64,000 bases of DNA from Selaginella moellendorffii (Eukaryota > Plantae > Lycopodiophyta): assembly GCF_000143415.4 (NCBI RefSeq), contig NW_003314274.1:1564851-1628850 (forward strand). Reading direction: 5' to 3'. The position numbers and the translations under genes were made by a program. Under the pieces are notes generated by a model. It worked only from the letters and a program-made list of their open reading frames with translations. It was not told where the DNA came from and did no database searches. The first letter of the stretch is position 1. Each line of letters opens with the position of its first letter. Shown here one piece after another: positions 14,370 to 26,455 of this stretch.

Positions 14370-15422
14370 TCAGCGGTACGGCGCCTTGTTGCTGAAGTAC
14401 TCGTCGCGGCGGGCGTTGCGGAAGGCGCAGCATCCGACGGAGTAGGCGACGACAAGGAAGACGAAGACGATGATGTTGATGATGGCCACCTTGCGCCAGT
14501 CCTTGCGGATGTTCTCCAGCACGCCCGCGCGGCACGAGTTGCAATCGAAGCACAGCCGGTCGGCGGCGTTGTTCCACGCGAAGCAATCCGTGTCGGCGGC
14601 TGGCGAGGCGCTGTTGATCCAGGACGTAGCGTTCTGGTAGACGAACCCACACGCGGTGGGGGGCTTGCAGCACCCGGACTGGATCGATCCAACACTAAAA
14701 CATCAGCGGAAGAGGAAGCATCGCCAAGCAGGAAAAATCACCATCATCTCACAGAACAAGGAAGAATCCATCAAGCGCAAGAAGACGAAACATCGCAATC
14801 CAAGAAGAGATTATTTCGCGGGAGAAGGGAGAGAGAGCGACGAGGACGAAATATCGCGATCAAGCTCAAGAATACCACAAGAGTCGCAAGCGATAGGGTG
14901 AGCGAGAGGGAGAGAGATTCTTGCCTCGAGAGGAGTGAGCCGCGCGGCGGAGAATGCAGCCTCGGTGGGATACTCGTTGTCGAGATCGCGGCAGACCTTG
15001 GCGTCGGCGAGGCAGCTCTTGATCTTGTTCCAGTTGCCCGTGTTCTTGACGCGGCGCTCCAGCCAGGTGGAGTAATCCCCGAGCCGGTACTCCTTGTAGC
15101 CCTTGCCCGACAGCGCGTGGCCGGCGCCCCTGTTGGTGACCGCGAACGCGAAGATCGTGAAGGCGAGCAGCAGCATGATGAGCAAGAACATGACGAAGAG
15201 ATAGATCCACAGCAGCCATGACACCCTGAAGCAGCTGCCGATGAATCCCGCCAGCGACACCACGAGGATGAAGACGCCAATGGCGATCACCGGGCCCTGG
15301 AGGAATCGCATACAAACCGTGTCGTGGCGCTGCGATAGCCAGATCCCAGCGCCGATGACCGGGATTGCCAGCGCCAGCGTCAAGAAATTCAGGATTCCTG
15401 TGAGGTAATTGCTAAGCCCCAT
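14370..15422 (-). CDS. Plant tetraspanin (2 exons: 15422-14925, 14678-14370; ~268 aa)
   Basis: Four hydrophobic segments; 'GKGYKEYRLGDYSTWL', 'WNKIKSCL' and the signature 'SGCCKPPTACG...CFDCNSCRAGVL'. Phase-0 intron just before SGCCKPP. Confidence 0.95.
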
Positions 15423-15712
15423 TTTCTCCCCTCTTGCTCTTTCCTCCCTGTTCTTCGTCTTCCCTTCTTCTCTACACGATTGACCTAAGGGTAAGGGCGA
15501 ATATCCCTCGGGTAGACCTGGCATATTCGTTCCTTAGGCTTGACGAGCCAGGTGTCAGTAATTCAAACTGGCCCCTCGGATTAGCCACGTCACATCTCCG
15601 TCCTTAAATATCGGGCGTGTCCACGTGTCCTGAAAATATCTGAGACATACGGTCGTACAGATATACATTCACAATCAATACAGAAGAGGTTTTGGTACAT
15701 GGCCGCCATAGC

Positions 15713-15770
15713 TAGGGTTTAGGGTTTAGGGCAGGAGAGAGAGAGAAAGAGAGAGAGAGAGAGGAGAGGG
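15713..15770 (+). promoter_or_regulatory. Telo-box tandem (TAGGGTT)n abutting a GA-dinucleotide (GAGA) tract upstream of the BPC gene
   Basis: 'tagggtttagggtttaggg' at 15713-15731, followed by 'gagagagagagaaagagagagagagagaggagaggg'. Confidence 0.6.
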
Positions 15771-15985
15771 AAAGCAAAGAGTGCAACGGTCACGGCATTG
15801 GTAGCGGCAGTGGCAGCGGCGGCGGCGCAAGCGCCAGCGCCCAGCGCCAGCGACGGCGGCATTCCTTGCAAGGCAGAGATCTCTCGATTTCTCGGACGAT
15901 TGGAGGTGAGCTCGCGATTCAGTCGGCCACAATAGCTAGATTCCTCCAGGTAGTCACCATAGGGCAAGAGGGCAATGGGGCGTAC

Positions 15986-16801
15986 ATGCCCGCGTTGCCG
16001 CCCATGGGCTGCAACGAGCTAGCGGAGCTGGAGCTCGAGTCAGTGGCGCTGTCGGCGGCGCACCACCACCACCACCACCACCAACACCACCAACACCACC
16101 AGCCGGGGCTGCCCACGGCGGCGGCGGCGGTAGCAGCAGCAGCGGCGGTGAAGCAGCCCAAGCCCAGGAGCGCGGCGCGCAAGCAGCCCAAGATCGAAGC
16201 CCTGGATTCCTCGTCGCCGCCGGGGCAGCACGACCACACCAAGCTGGGCGTGAGGAGCAATGCAAAGTTTAAGAAGCCGATGCTCAACCCCGGCCACGCC
16301 TCGGGCTGGCTGGCGATGATGGAGACGGACGCGGCGGGGTTTCTCCTCGGCCACCACCAGCAACAGCAGCAGCAATGCGAGCAGGAGCAAATCGCGGGTG
16401 GCGTCGCGAGCAACAACGCCGCGGCCTCCCCCGCCGCCGCCACCGCCACGAAGGCCGAGAAGTCGGGCAAGAACAGTGGTGGTGCCAAGGCCGAGAGCTC
16501 CACCACCCGGAAGTACTACCCGGCTCCGTTCTGCTCGTGCACCGGGACGAACCAGCAGTGCTACAGATGGGGGAATGGAGGGTGGCAGTCCGCTTGCTGC
16601 ACGACCAAGATCTCCATGTATCCGCTGCCCATGAATCCCAAGAAGAAAGGCTCGCGAGTGGCGGGGCGGAAGATGAGCGCCGGGGCGTTCATGAAGCTCC
16701 TGGACAGGCTCACGGCGGAGGGCGTGGACGTGAACTCGTCGGTGGATCTTCGCCCGCACTGGGCCAAGCACGGCACCAATCGGTACGTGACGATTAAGTG
16801 A
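15986..16801 (+). CDS. BPC: BASIC PENTACYSTEINE / BBR GAGA-binding transcription factor
   Basis: C-terminal '[30 protein letters not shown]......R..GRKMS.GAF.KLL.RL..EG.D....[16 protein letters not shown]' is the BBR/BPC domain. His/Gln/Ala tracts lie N-terminal. First ATG at 15986; the true start is uncertain. Confidence 0.95.
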   Translation: MPALPPMGCNELAELELESVALSAAHHHHHHHQHHQHHQPGLPTAAAAVAAAAAVKQPKPRSAARKQPKIEALDSSSPPGQHDHTKLGVRSNAKFKKPMLNPGHASGWLAMMETDAAGFLLGHHQQQQQQCEQEQIAGGVASNNAAASPAAATATKAEKSGKNSGGAKAESSTTRKYYPAPFCSCTGTNQQCYRWGNGGWQSACCTTKISMYPLPMNPKKKGSRVAGRKMSAGAFMKLLDRLTAEGVDVNSSVDLRPHWAKHGTNRYVTIK

Positions 16802-19800
16802 TGGACAAGGCTCTTTCTCGGCTCGATCATCTCTTTGGTTCTTCTCTCGTTTCTTTCTTTCTTTCTTTCTGCGTCTAATATCACAGGAGAGAGCTTTGAT
16901 CGTCGATCGAGACCACAACTCCACAAACGCACATCAACCATGGTATACAGCGAGAAATTACAAGGTGTAATTCTACCGATGATGATGAAGTCTAGAAAAC
17001 AAAAAATGTAGCTATGGAGATTTTTAAGGGAGGGCGAGAGAGAGTTATGTACATTTGTGAAGCAGATTGAGAGGAGAGGGAAATTATTTGCAAGGGGCAA
17101 CACTACTTGCTTATAACTGTACATGGTTTTTCTCTCTATTATTTCTCCCTCGCGGAACATGCTCTGGAATATTTTTAGCATTATAGCCGTACAGATATTT
17201 AGGGCTCTTCGGCGCAACAACGCCGTTGCGGAGATCTTGCGAGGAGCTTTGAATGCTGGCTAGTGATCGATTACCTTTGGAAGGTATTTGTTAGAGTTGG
17301 ATGTGATAGTAAGGTCACTGATCGACTGCCCGAAATGCCGTTGTCGAGATCTTGCGAGGAGCTTTGTTTAACAATGAATGCTGGTTAGCGATCGATTGCC
17401 TGAAAGGTATTTCACTGATTGGCTGCTTGGATATCATCTGGATTTACAGGACATACAAACTGAGATCTCATTCACTACCTTAGCTATCAAGGCAAGTTCC
17501 AATTGTGACTGATGCACAATATCAACATCGACGATCTATCGGACTTGATGTTGTTGCTCAAGGACGCGATTTCTTCTGGATTAAAAACTTCACCAATCCA
17601 CGGATTTATCTAGCTTCCTCATTGGACAGTAGATTTGGAGCACTGCAAAGATGCAGATTATCTCTTTCTTTTCAAAGGTATATAAACAGCTTGATAAAAC
17701 CGTTTTGGAGTTTCATATAATTCTCCTGGTTCGTACTCTGATAGTTTTCTGTTCTTTTTCTATTATTCTTCAGCTTCGAAGCATTTCCGCACTTCCAACG
17801 ATGCTCTTGGTCCTTAAAGTTCTTGCTCAATCTTACGACTGTAAGTTTGGAACGATTTGCCTTTTATGACTGAGCTGAATCAGTTCTCAACAATTTTTTT
17901 ACTGGAAGATAGCTGGTGTTTTTTTTTCCTTTACGAGCATCATCAGCCTTACCAGTCCCGACAAGAAGACAGAACAATCTGGAAACTACGAAACAAATCC
18001 TGTTCTTGAGTTCTCGCTCAATCTTACGACGGAACAATTTGCCTTTCATGACTGAGCTGAATCAGTTCTCAACAAATTTTTTTTCTGGAAGACAGTATCC
18101 TTGTATGTAGTTGCTGGTTGTTTTTCTTTCTTTCTTTACGAGCATCATCAGTCTTACCAGTCTTATAAAACACCGACAAATAGAGACAGAACAAACTGGA
18201 AACTAGGAAACAAATCCAGGCCTAAATACACGCGGTCCAGCGCGTGCCAAATGTGCAGTGAATACTACACAAAAGCAAGACGTGTCGAGTGACTGGTGCT
18301 CGATGCTAACTTGGACGCTCAACCAAATCCAAAACAAATCTCAACAGCCGCAGGTCAGTGTTTGTTTGTTTCATGTTTCCTCTGTACTCCTCCTCCACAA
18401 ACTTTGGTGCCGTTTGCGAGCAGGAAAGCAAGATCTGTGGTCACGAGCCGGGAGTTTCTCAAATCCGATCTATCCAGGACACTCTGGAATTAAGAGATAA
18501 GGCGACATCCAGCCAGTAAGATATATTCATATATCCGCGAATTCAGAAAGCTGGTATGCGGTTTGATGTTTACATGTCACAGAGCTCTTTCTTTGCAGCT
18601 TCGTGAGGAAGACGCTCGCGGACGCCTCCTCGCCCGCTGGCTCCACTACGACTTCCACTGCTGCACACAAGACAGGCGGAACGCTTGTCTTTGCTTGAAA
18701 TTTATGGCAACTTGGAACAAGCGACGAGCGAGGGGTGAGCGAGTGGTGAGCTCCTTACCCGGGCTTTTATTGTAGTTCTTGTGTTTTTTTTTTATCCTTT
18801 CCTGTCTTACGAACACGCTCCACAGCGCAGTGCATGACACAACAGTGGAGCCGCTTTGAAAAAACTTAGCGCCGGAGCGCAATGGAGACGAAACAGAAGG
18901 CAAGCACAAGCGTCAAAGTTTTGCGAGCTCTGAGAAAGAAACAGACAAAGTTTTGCAGAACTTCGCGTTTTCTTTTGGCAGCGGCATGACCTCACGCAGC
19001 AGTACACCGAAAAAGTTTGAAGAGTTTGAAGCTTGACTGTACTCGTTCCTAGACCACGGACAAATGCCAATTGGGACCAGCCACGGGAGCGTTTGTGTTT
19101 TTCTCGTTGCTGAAAGGTAAGGAAAGAGAGAAAGGTAGACCGGCTATTGTTTGCGTGCTCTTTAACTACTTACAGCTGCCTCGCTGTGTGCACTGGTCCC
19201 GAACGTTCCCTTTTTTGCATTCCTTACTCTCGCCAGTCACCATTTCTTTTTTTTTTATCTAATGGTGCAATCCAGGAACAGGAGATACGTATCATCAGCT
19301 CAGCTCCGACGGAAACGAAGGGTGCTCCGCTCAGCTGACTGAGAAGCAGGAGCAAAAGCTGCTGGTGTGTACAGGTGCAGGACCAGTTTCGGAGTTGTAG
19401 ATTGTATTCCCAAAGCAGAGCTAGTGGCGCAGTTGTTACGTAGGTATGCATTGGTTTAAGAGCTCTGTTTTGATTGTAGAGAACCAACTTCATTTACACC
19501 GCCAAGTTGGTGCTTTCCCTAAAACTTCTCAAGTTTTTCTCTTGCTTCGCAACTTAGTGATTGATTGAGCTGGCTGTGGGGCAGCTTTATCGGGGCGGGG
19601 GACCCTGATTTGAAGATAGTTCTAGAGGATTTTAGTTGGAACTGAAGAATCATCTCTGTGCGTCTCGAGAGCCTTCCTCTCATAAGATGATTATAAACGC
19701 GTTTCATCAAAGACAAGGCTCTCTCTCTCTCGTGACTCCCAGCTCGTGTGATAGAGACAAGCTCGCAGGAGCCAAAACGAAACGACTTGTTAACTGCTAG

Positions 19801-20934
19801 TCACTATATTGCTCGCACTCAACGCACGAGCTTGGTTTTCTTAACTTCTAGATCTCCCTAGATTGTTAAACTCGTTCTAGAGCATTTTTGTTGGAAGCGG
19901 TGCTGGCCTGGCCAGCCAGCGTCTGGTTCTTCATCCCTGTCGAGAAGATCTTTGAAATGCTCGGGAAATATCTAGAGAGGCGTAACGAGTGGCTCAACAA
20001 GGCACAACACACACACAGACATCTCAACACTTGTAAGGAGAGATCGAAGATTTGCCCCGCTTTGGTCGTTTTCTCCCAAGGAAGACCTGTGACTCTCCCA
20101 GGGCCAGACTCCTCTTTCTCTGCACAAAGTATACAACACTTGGAGCTAAAGTTTGGATCGAGCTAGGCTGGCTTACATGTGAGATATGTGCTTAAATCCA
20201 CGCTTTCCAACAAAAACACACACTAGATTCGATTGGTCATGTCATTCCATCCATTCAATCCATCGCTTCCAGGGGAGCGGGGAATAAACATGAATGGAAA
20301 AGGTGGTGTACAAATGTGTGGTTAATGCCGCGGCAGGGAGGACAGCAGCAACAAATCCACGAGATGGTGTTGGTTTTTGTTGCTTTGCATTTGTGCTTAT
20401 TCCCACCATAATCCTGTTATCCACCGCCCAAAGGCATCTTTTCTGCAGTTGGTTGGAGATCATGGAGGCAAAGCCCAAACTTATAACCGATGATCGTCAC
20501 ATTCTTATATATAACTTTCTATAGATTTTGTATTTCTTAGTTTAATAAGGTCTATACACAGATGCGGTCGCTCGTAGGCGACAATTAAAAACGCTGCTGC
20601 ATTCCAGCAAGTAGAAAAAGAAAGAAGAGAAGAGTATGTATGGGAAGAGAGGATAATTCGTCCCGGATTTGGCTGCTACCTTTGGTGGCGTCGATCAAAT
20701 TCCCTGGAGTAAATAGTGCTACTGCGAGCACTATCAAAAAACGGGCCTTCATCGATGCCATCCGCTTGAGCAGCAGGAAAAAAGGAGCGAAGGAAAAAGC
20801 GAGAGAAAGAGAAAGAGAAAAAGAGTGTAAACCCCCATTTCGTATGTGTAGATGCTGCTGCTTGTGTTGCTGATAGTAGTTTTTTTGTTTTTCCTCCGCG
20901 TGATTTTGCGGTTTTTTTTCTCGTCAGTTGTTTG

Positions 20935-22230
20935 TCACTGTGCCGGAACTTCAATCGATGTCGGAACCTCAAAGTCCTTGTTGATGTTCATCATGGCGAG
21001 CCTTGAGTCGAGGAAGTTCTCGATGTAAAACTTCCTGCAATGGAATAGTCGAAGAAAATGTCGATAAGTTTGCGAGTCTAGATAGCTTATCAATCGACGC
21101 TCTTTTTGCCCACCTTGCTTTGCTTTCTTCCTCGGACTGATGCGATCGTTCGTGTTGAGTCCTGCATGGAACATCCGTGTAGAGAAGCAAGGCCTAGACA
21201 AAGCAAAGAAGAATGCCAAACATTGAGACGGAAGGAAAAAAAGAGAGTGATTTTTCGGTACCTCGATATAGTTTGTCACATCCAGAGTGAACCTATGGAA
21301 CATTCCCGGAGGCAAGACGATGAGATCGCCCTTGCGGACGCGGAAGCGTATCCACTTATCATCGTAGTCACGAATGTCCCAATATCCTGGAAAAGAAGTT
21401 CCAAGGATAAAGCAATCGATCCCCCAAAACAAAAAATCTTCGAGGTGGGCGGCTCTCACCTTCGCCGTCGAGGATGAGACGGATCTCCTCCTGCGAATGC
21501 ATATGCTCCTCGAAGAACATCTTTATCTTCTGCTCGTAGTCTTCCATGGCCTCCGGCGACACGATCTTGGTCTCCTGCAAGAACACCCATCAATGAGAAC
21601 GAGGCAAAAAAAAAAGGGAAAAAAAAGAAATCTTTTTCCAAGTGTGAAAAGGAGAAAAAAACAAGTAAGAAAAGGAGAGAAAGAAAGGAAAAGAAGGAAA
21701 GAAAAATGCTCTGGCAAACGGAGAAACGGAACGTCCACCATAGCTAGCTACGAAGGAAGGAAGTCGCAAATATCTTCTTCCATTCTTACCGCATACTTGT
21801 ATCCCCGCTCCTTCTTAATCTTCTCGAGCATTGGACTGTTATTCCAGTCCGTCACGTCCAGCTTCCATGTCAAAACTCCCAATCCTGGATCAGCAAGAAA
21901 ACCGTAAGAATGCGAGGAATTGGATCGCAAAAATCGATTTTTGGAGCTCCCACTGCATGGGAACTGCAAAAGAAAGGAGGAGTTTGTACCATGGACGTGT
22001 TCCAGAGGGACTGGCCTGTTTGGGGAGTACTTGTGAGGCAGCCTCTGATCTTCATCGCTGGGATTGTACTCCCAGGCTTCGATGTCCGACACATAACTTT
22101 GTTGCTGCAAAAACCAAGAACAAAGAGAAAGAGAGAGAGAGAGAGAGTGAGAGAGTGATATAAAAATCAGTGGATGGACGCTCACCTCCTCATTGCCAGC
22201 AACTTTGCAGTAGTCTTCAGCCTTGGCCAT
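20935..22230 (-). CDS. ARD: Acireductone dioxygenase (ARD/ADI1, methionine salvage), multi-exon
   Basis: '[16 protein letters not shown]', '[20 protein letters not shown]|YWDIRD...WIR...[17 protein letters not shown]' carry the cupin H-x-H/E/H ligands. Short GT-AG introns; ends 'EVPAQ*'. Confidence 0.92.
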
Positions 22231-25200
22231 GATGTTTTGGGAGGGATTCCGAGCTTTCAAGATTTCTCTCGTCTACTGTAAGAGAAGAAGAAGAAAAAAA
22301 AGCTCCCGCTTTGCTTCTTAGCTGTAGTCAAGGGCCGAGCGAGAAGCAGGAGTTTGAACGGCAACCTCTCAAAAACAGATCGAGCGACCGAGAAATCGAG
22401 AGTAAGAACAAGATTTGGAGAGCGGCGAAGAAGAACAGGAGAGATTCCAGAATGGAATGGAAGTGAATGAAGCGGAATATAGGATACATACGCATATATA
22501 TATTCTTCCAAATTATATGTTAGCTTAACCCATGTATTTTGATATGACACGATAGCCACCATAGCTAGCTGTTACCTTACCACCACCACCACCAGAGAAT
22601 TTTCCTGGTTTTAATCTTTCCAGGGAGACAAGGAGAAAAAGAAAAGGGTGAAATTTTTGTTTTTTGCCTTTCCTTTTTTTTTCTTGGAGAATGCTGGACT
22701 GCTTTGGGCTTCAAGCTTTGTGCTTTGTGTGTAAGCATCATTGCAAACACAAATAGTTAGGCAAAAGTTGACAAGGAGGGCATGCCTAGCCTTGAGCTCT
22801 TTCTACTGAAATGGCCAACAAAAGCTTATGTGATCATCCATTCCAAGGTTTGAAAGCCAAAGTTTTTACCCAAGATTTCGAGCTTTTTCTTTTTTTTTTC
22901 CCCCGTGACCTTCTACTTCTTTTGGTGTACGAAGGAAGAAAAAAGATGCAGTAGCAATGGAATCTTTCCAAGCGAATGTCGGGAAGCTGTACCCTCGACT
23001 GGTTGCATCGGAGTCTGCTATTTGGCAAAGCCTTTATGTTGGATGCCAGGCTAAAAGGGAAACCCATGAGAGTCGCGAGGGTGACGAAAGAACCAAAAAA
23101 AAGAAAGAAGAACAAAGAAAAGCTTGTAAACTTTGTGGTGACACCAACATCACATTTTTATAAGCATTAGAGCGACCACTTTGGTTGGTCCCTCCTCAGT
23201 GGTTTAGTCAAAACACAAAAACAAAGCTTTGCTAAAAGGAGAGATCTCTAGCTTTTGTTTTAAAGATCTGTGTCTCTGTGTCTCTTCTTACTGTGAGAGT
23301 GTCATTTTTGTAACAACGAAGCAATCACACAGATCAAGAAGGAAACGATCAGCACTAGGCTCCCCCTTTCCTTGTTCTTGCAGTCTTTCTGCTAGATTCT
23401 TTCAGGAATGACGTATGAACATTGGTGTTTCGGCTTTCGAGTGGTGTTACGAGTCAGATATTTTGTCCTGCGACGATTCCGTTTCTCATACGACCACGAT
23501 CGCCCACTCCAAAACGATATAACAATTCGTCCAGCAAAGAAGAAAAACTTGGTTTTGTACAGCATGGCTTGTTGTTTACAAGCGACACACCCCCTCGGTA
23601 ACATATTCCACTAGAACGCAACGTACACTGGATGGGGAATCTTCTGATCTCTACGGTTACAAAGTGTTCCTTTTGCTTCGAAAATGCACAACCTTCTTTC
23701 GGTGCTTTCGTAAGAAAACCATGTGGTATAGTGTATCTCTGTGATACAAAAGGCTACGTATGGCGCTATGACTTCCAGTTTTCTCGGTGTAGCACACACT
23801 CATGCCACTATATGCTTTGCCTGCTCGCTGCTGGTCTTTGGAAAGACCACCACCTTGGAACTTTGCGAGCGATCATAGCTTTGCGTTGTGCTTCGTCAGA
23901 GACAGTCAGAGGGAGTCAGAGAGCCTTGACCCACACATCAATCTTCCATGGACAGATCGCTCCATGTATAACAAAACAACAACAGAAAAAGAACAGAAAG
24001 AAGTTGCCTTACACGCGATATTCTAGATACGAGCTATTGTATTCCACGACCTTATCAATCCGTGTTGTTTGTCGCGAATTTCCGTCCACTGACCCGATCC
24101 CTCCAAAGAGTGAGAACTTTCACCAGAAGTTGGGAGGGACAATTATATCAAAGTTGGGGTCACGTATCGATCGATCAGTGACTTGTAAGATTGTGCTGTG
24201 GGCCTTATATATATTCTCCTGGCCCTTCCCAGGAGCCAAGAAAGAAGCATCAATCCAGTACACTATAGCGATACGAAATGAAGAACCCTAACTCTTTATC
24301 AATCCTAGAGCTAGTTCCATTTGGTTGGATCCAGCCAAGCTCACTGGGCTTCCTCGATCACGCACTTTGGTCGTCTGATGATGGTACTTGATCTCCAAGG
24401 ACAATCATAGCAAAACAACACAAGAAAAACAACTCTGGAATGATCTGATCAAACAATTTGGAAAGAAGAAAAGAGTTTCTAAACACAACATCGATGAATG
24501 TTCTCCCCAGCAAGCAAACAAATCAATCAAAGCTGCCACACACGGAGCAAAAAGAAAAGAAAAGAAAAGAAAATCGAAAATTCTAAATTTTAAAAAACTT
24601 GCCCGGGCTTTACCTCATCCGCCACGTCGGCACGCCAGCGTGGCGGTCGTGGCGCCACAGCCTTGAATGTGGCAGCCGTCGACCCATCCATTTGCTCCGT
24701 TTATCTCGCCGCGAATCGTGGCGCCTCCGTAGCCGGTGGAGGGATCCAGTACCACTGCAGATCTTTTGCCTCGTCCGGGCACACATTTTTTTCTTGGAGC
24801 TTTTGGGAGGTTCATTCCAATGGTTCGTGAGGGACCAGTGAGACTGGAACAAGGGTGTCGCAGCATTGATTTCACCGCGAACAAGCGGCCAAAGCATCGG
24901 AATGCCGTGACATCAATGCGCGTCGCCATCGCCAATCGCCAAAAATCCACCCATTGATCTGCGACCAGCGATTTGAGGAGCTCGCTCTAGATCGGTCGAT
25001 CGCCCATTTGACGAGATTGATGGTCTCCAGCTCCAAATTCTTTGATGTGCCAGGCCAATGTCAATGGCCCCCAATTTAATTCAAGTTCCGGCTGCCCTGG
25101 GGACAAGTCAGTCCGAGAAAAGAGCGACCCCATCGCTTGCGTTGCGGGTAGTGAGGTGTCGCGAGTTTGTCGTGTACAAATCATCGCGTTCTCGCTCTTT

Positions 25201-25416
25201 TTTTCTATGCTATAAAATTCGTATAGCGACCTTTGCTTGCATAATCGCCATGTGAAGATCATCCGTCCATTGTAGGGGGAGCTTTTTTTAACAAGGAAAT
25301 ACCACGCTCGCGTTCCATGCGCACATTAAAAAACTACGTACCGACCAAAAAGTTTCCTCTTTGGAGGGCAAAACATTGAAAAAGAGAATGTCAGTAACAG
25401 GAGCTTGTGGTGGGCT

Positions 25417-25488
25417 GGAGGTATAGCTCAGTGGTAGAGCAATTGACTGCAGATCAATGGGTCTCTGGTTCGAATCCGGATATCTCCT
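25417..25488 (+). tRNA. tRNA-Cys (GCA)
   Basis: Acceptor stem GGAGGTA/TATCTCC, D-arm GCTCAGTGGTAGAGC, anticodon stem ATTGA/TCAAT with loop CTGCAGA, T-loop TTCGAAT, discriminator U; 72 nt. Confidence 0.95.
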
Positions 25489-26455
25489 CCTATGTGCACT
25501 GATTTTCATCCATTTTCAGCAATTTTATTTGCTCTTCTTATCCATAGTTACATAAGGATGAGGTTGCGGAGAACTTAGATCTTGTGGATAGAAGCAGCAG
25601 TGAGGCTGTGCAAAACATAAGTTGATGATCAAAGATAACGAACTGTCTCTAGGCTGAGGAGATCTACCACATGATACCCTATTAATTATATGGTCATGAC
25701 TGCAGCAGGTGCCTCCAATCAAACAAAACTCCTCCTAATAAGCTGGAATATATCTGGAGTACTTGAGATTTAAATAATTTAACCTATTATCGTAAAACAA
25801 TGCACTATAAAAGGGTATTATATTTTATCTAATTTTTTCATTAATTAATTTCACAACCAATAAGAATTTTTAGTATTTATAACATACCATATGCAGAGAG
25901 TTATGGGACTTTAATCAGCTTCTTGATCAAGTCCACCACAGCCAAGGCAGCTTAAACTCAATTGAACTCAATCTCGTCTTGTAAGTTTTTGAGCCTATCA
26001 GAAACTCTTCTTCCCTACTGGCTACCAAGAGAAACTTCAGCATCGGGAAATATGACTCAGTAGCAGTAGCTTGTGTCTGGAATAGACGACACTTCGAAAC
26101 ACACTAGGAACTGGGAAGACTGCCTAAGTTTCTAAGAAGTAGCATGCAAGAAGAGAAAGAATCACAGTACCTCAATACGGCCGCGAGGCTTGTGTTGCAT
26201 GTCGATCACTGATTCCTACATCCAAGAGAAGTCAGTTACCAGCCATTCTTGTGTCCCATTCGGGCGGCTTACATGTTTTTGGACGCTGCTTGTAAGAGTT
26301 TTTTATTGCAAGCTAGATCGAGCGGATCCGCGCGGACAAAAACGCCGGCTCCATGCGCCTTCATCCGAAATCCTGAACTGCTTCTGTTTGAAAACGGTAG
26401 AAACCTAGCTTTCAGAATAAAATACCTGCGTGCTGGAAGCTTGCGCTGTTGGAAC

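Noticed and set aside
15919-17220. Long antisense ORFs over BPC (15919-16506, 16040-16924, 16561-17220)
   Set aside because: Shadow ORFs from GC3-rich, repeat-rich coding sequence; no recognisable motifs.
19260-19400. Possible miRNA hairpin or exon
   Set aside because: No match to conserved plant miRNAs that I know, and no convincing long stem by eye.
23632-24291. 219-aa ORF
   Set aside because: No recognisable domain or coding-like composition; unsupported.
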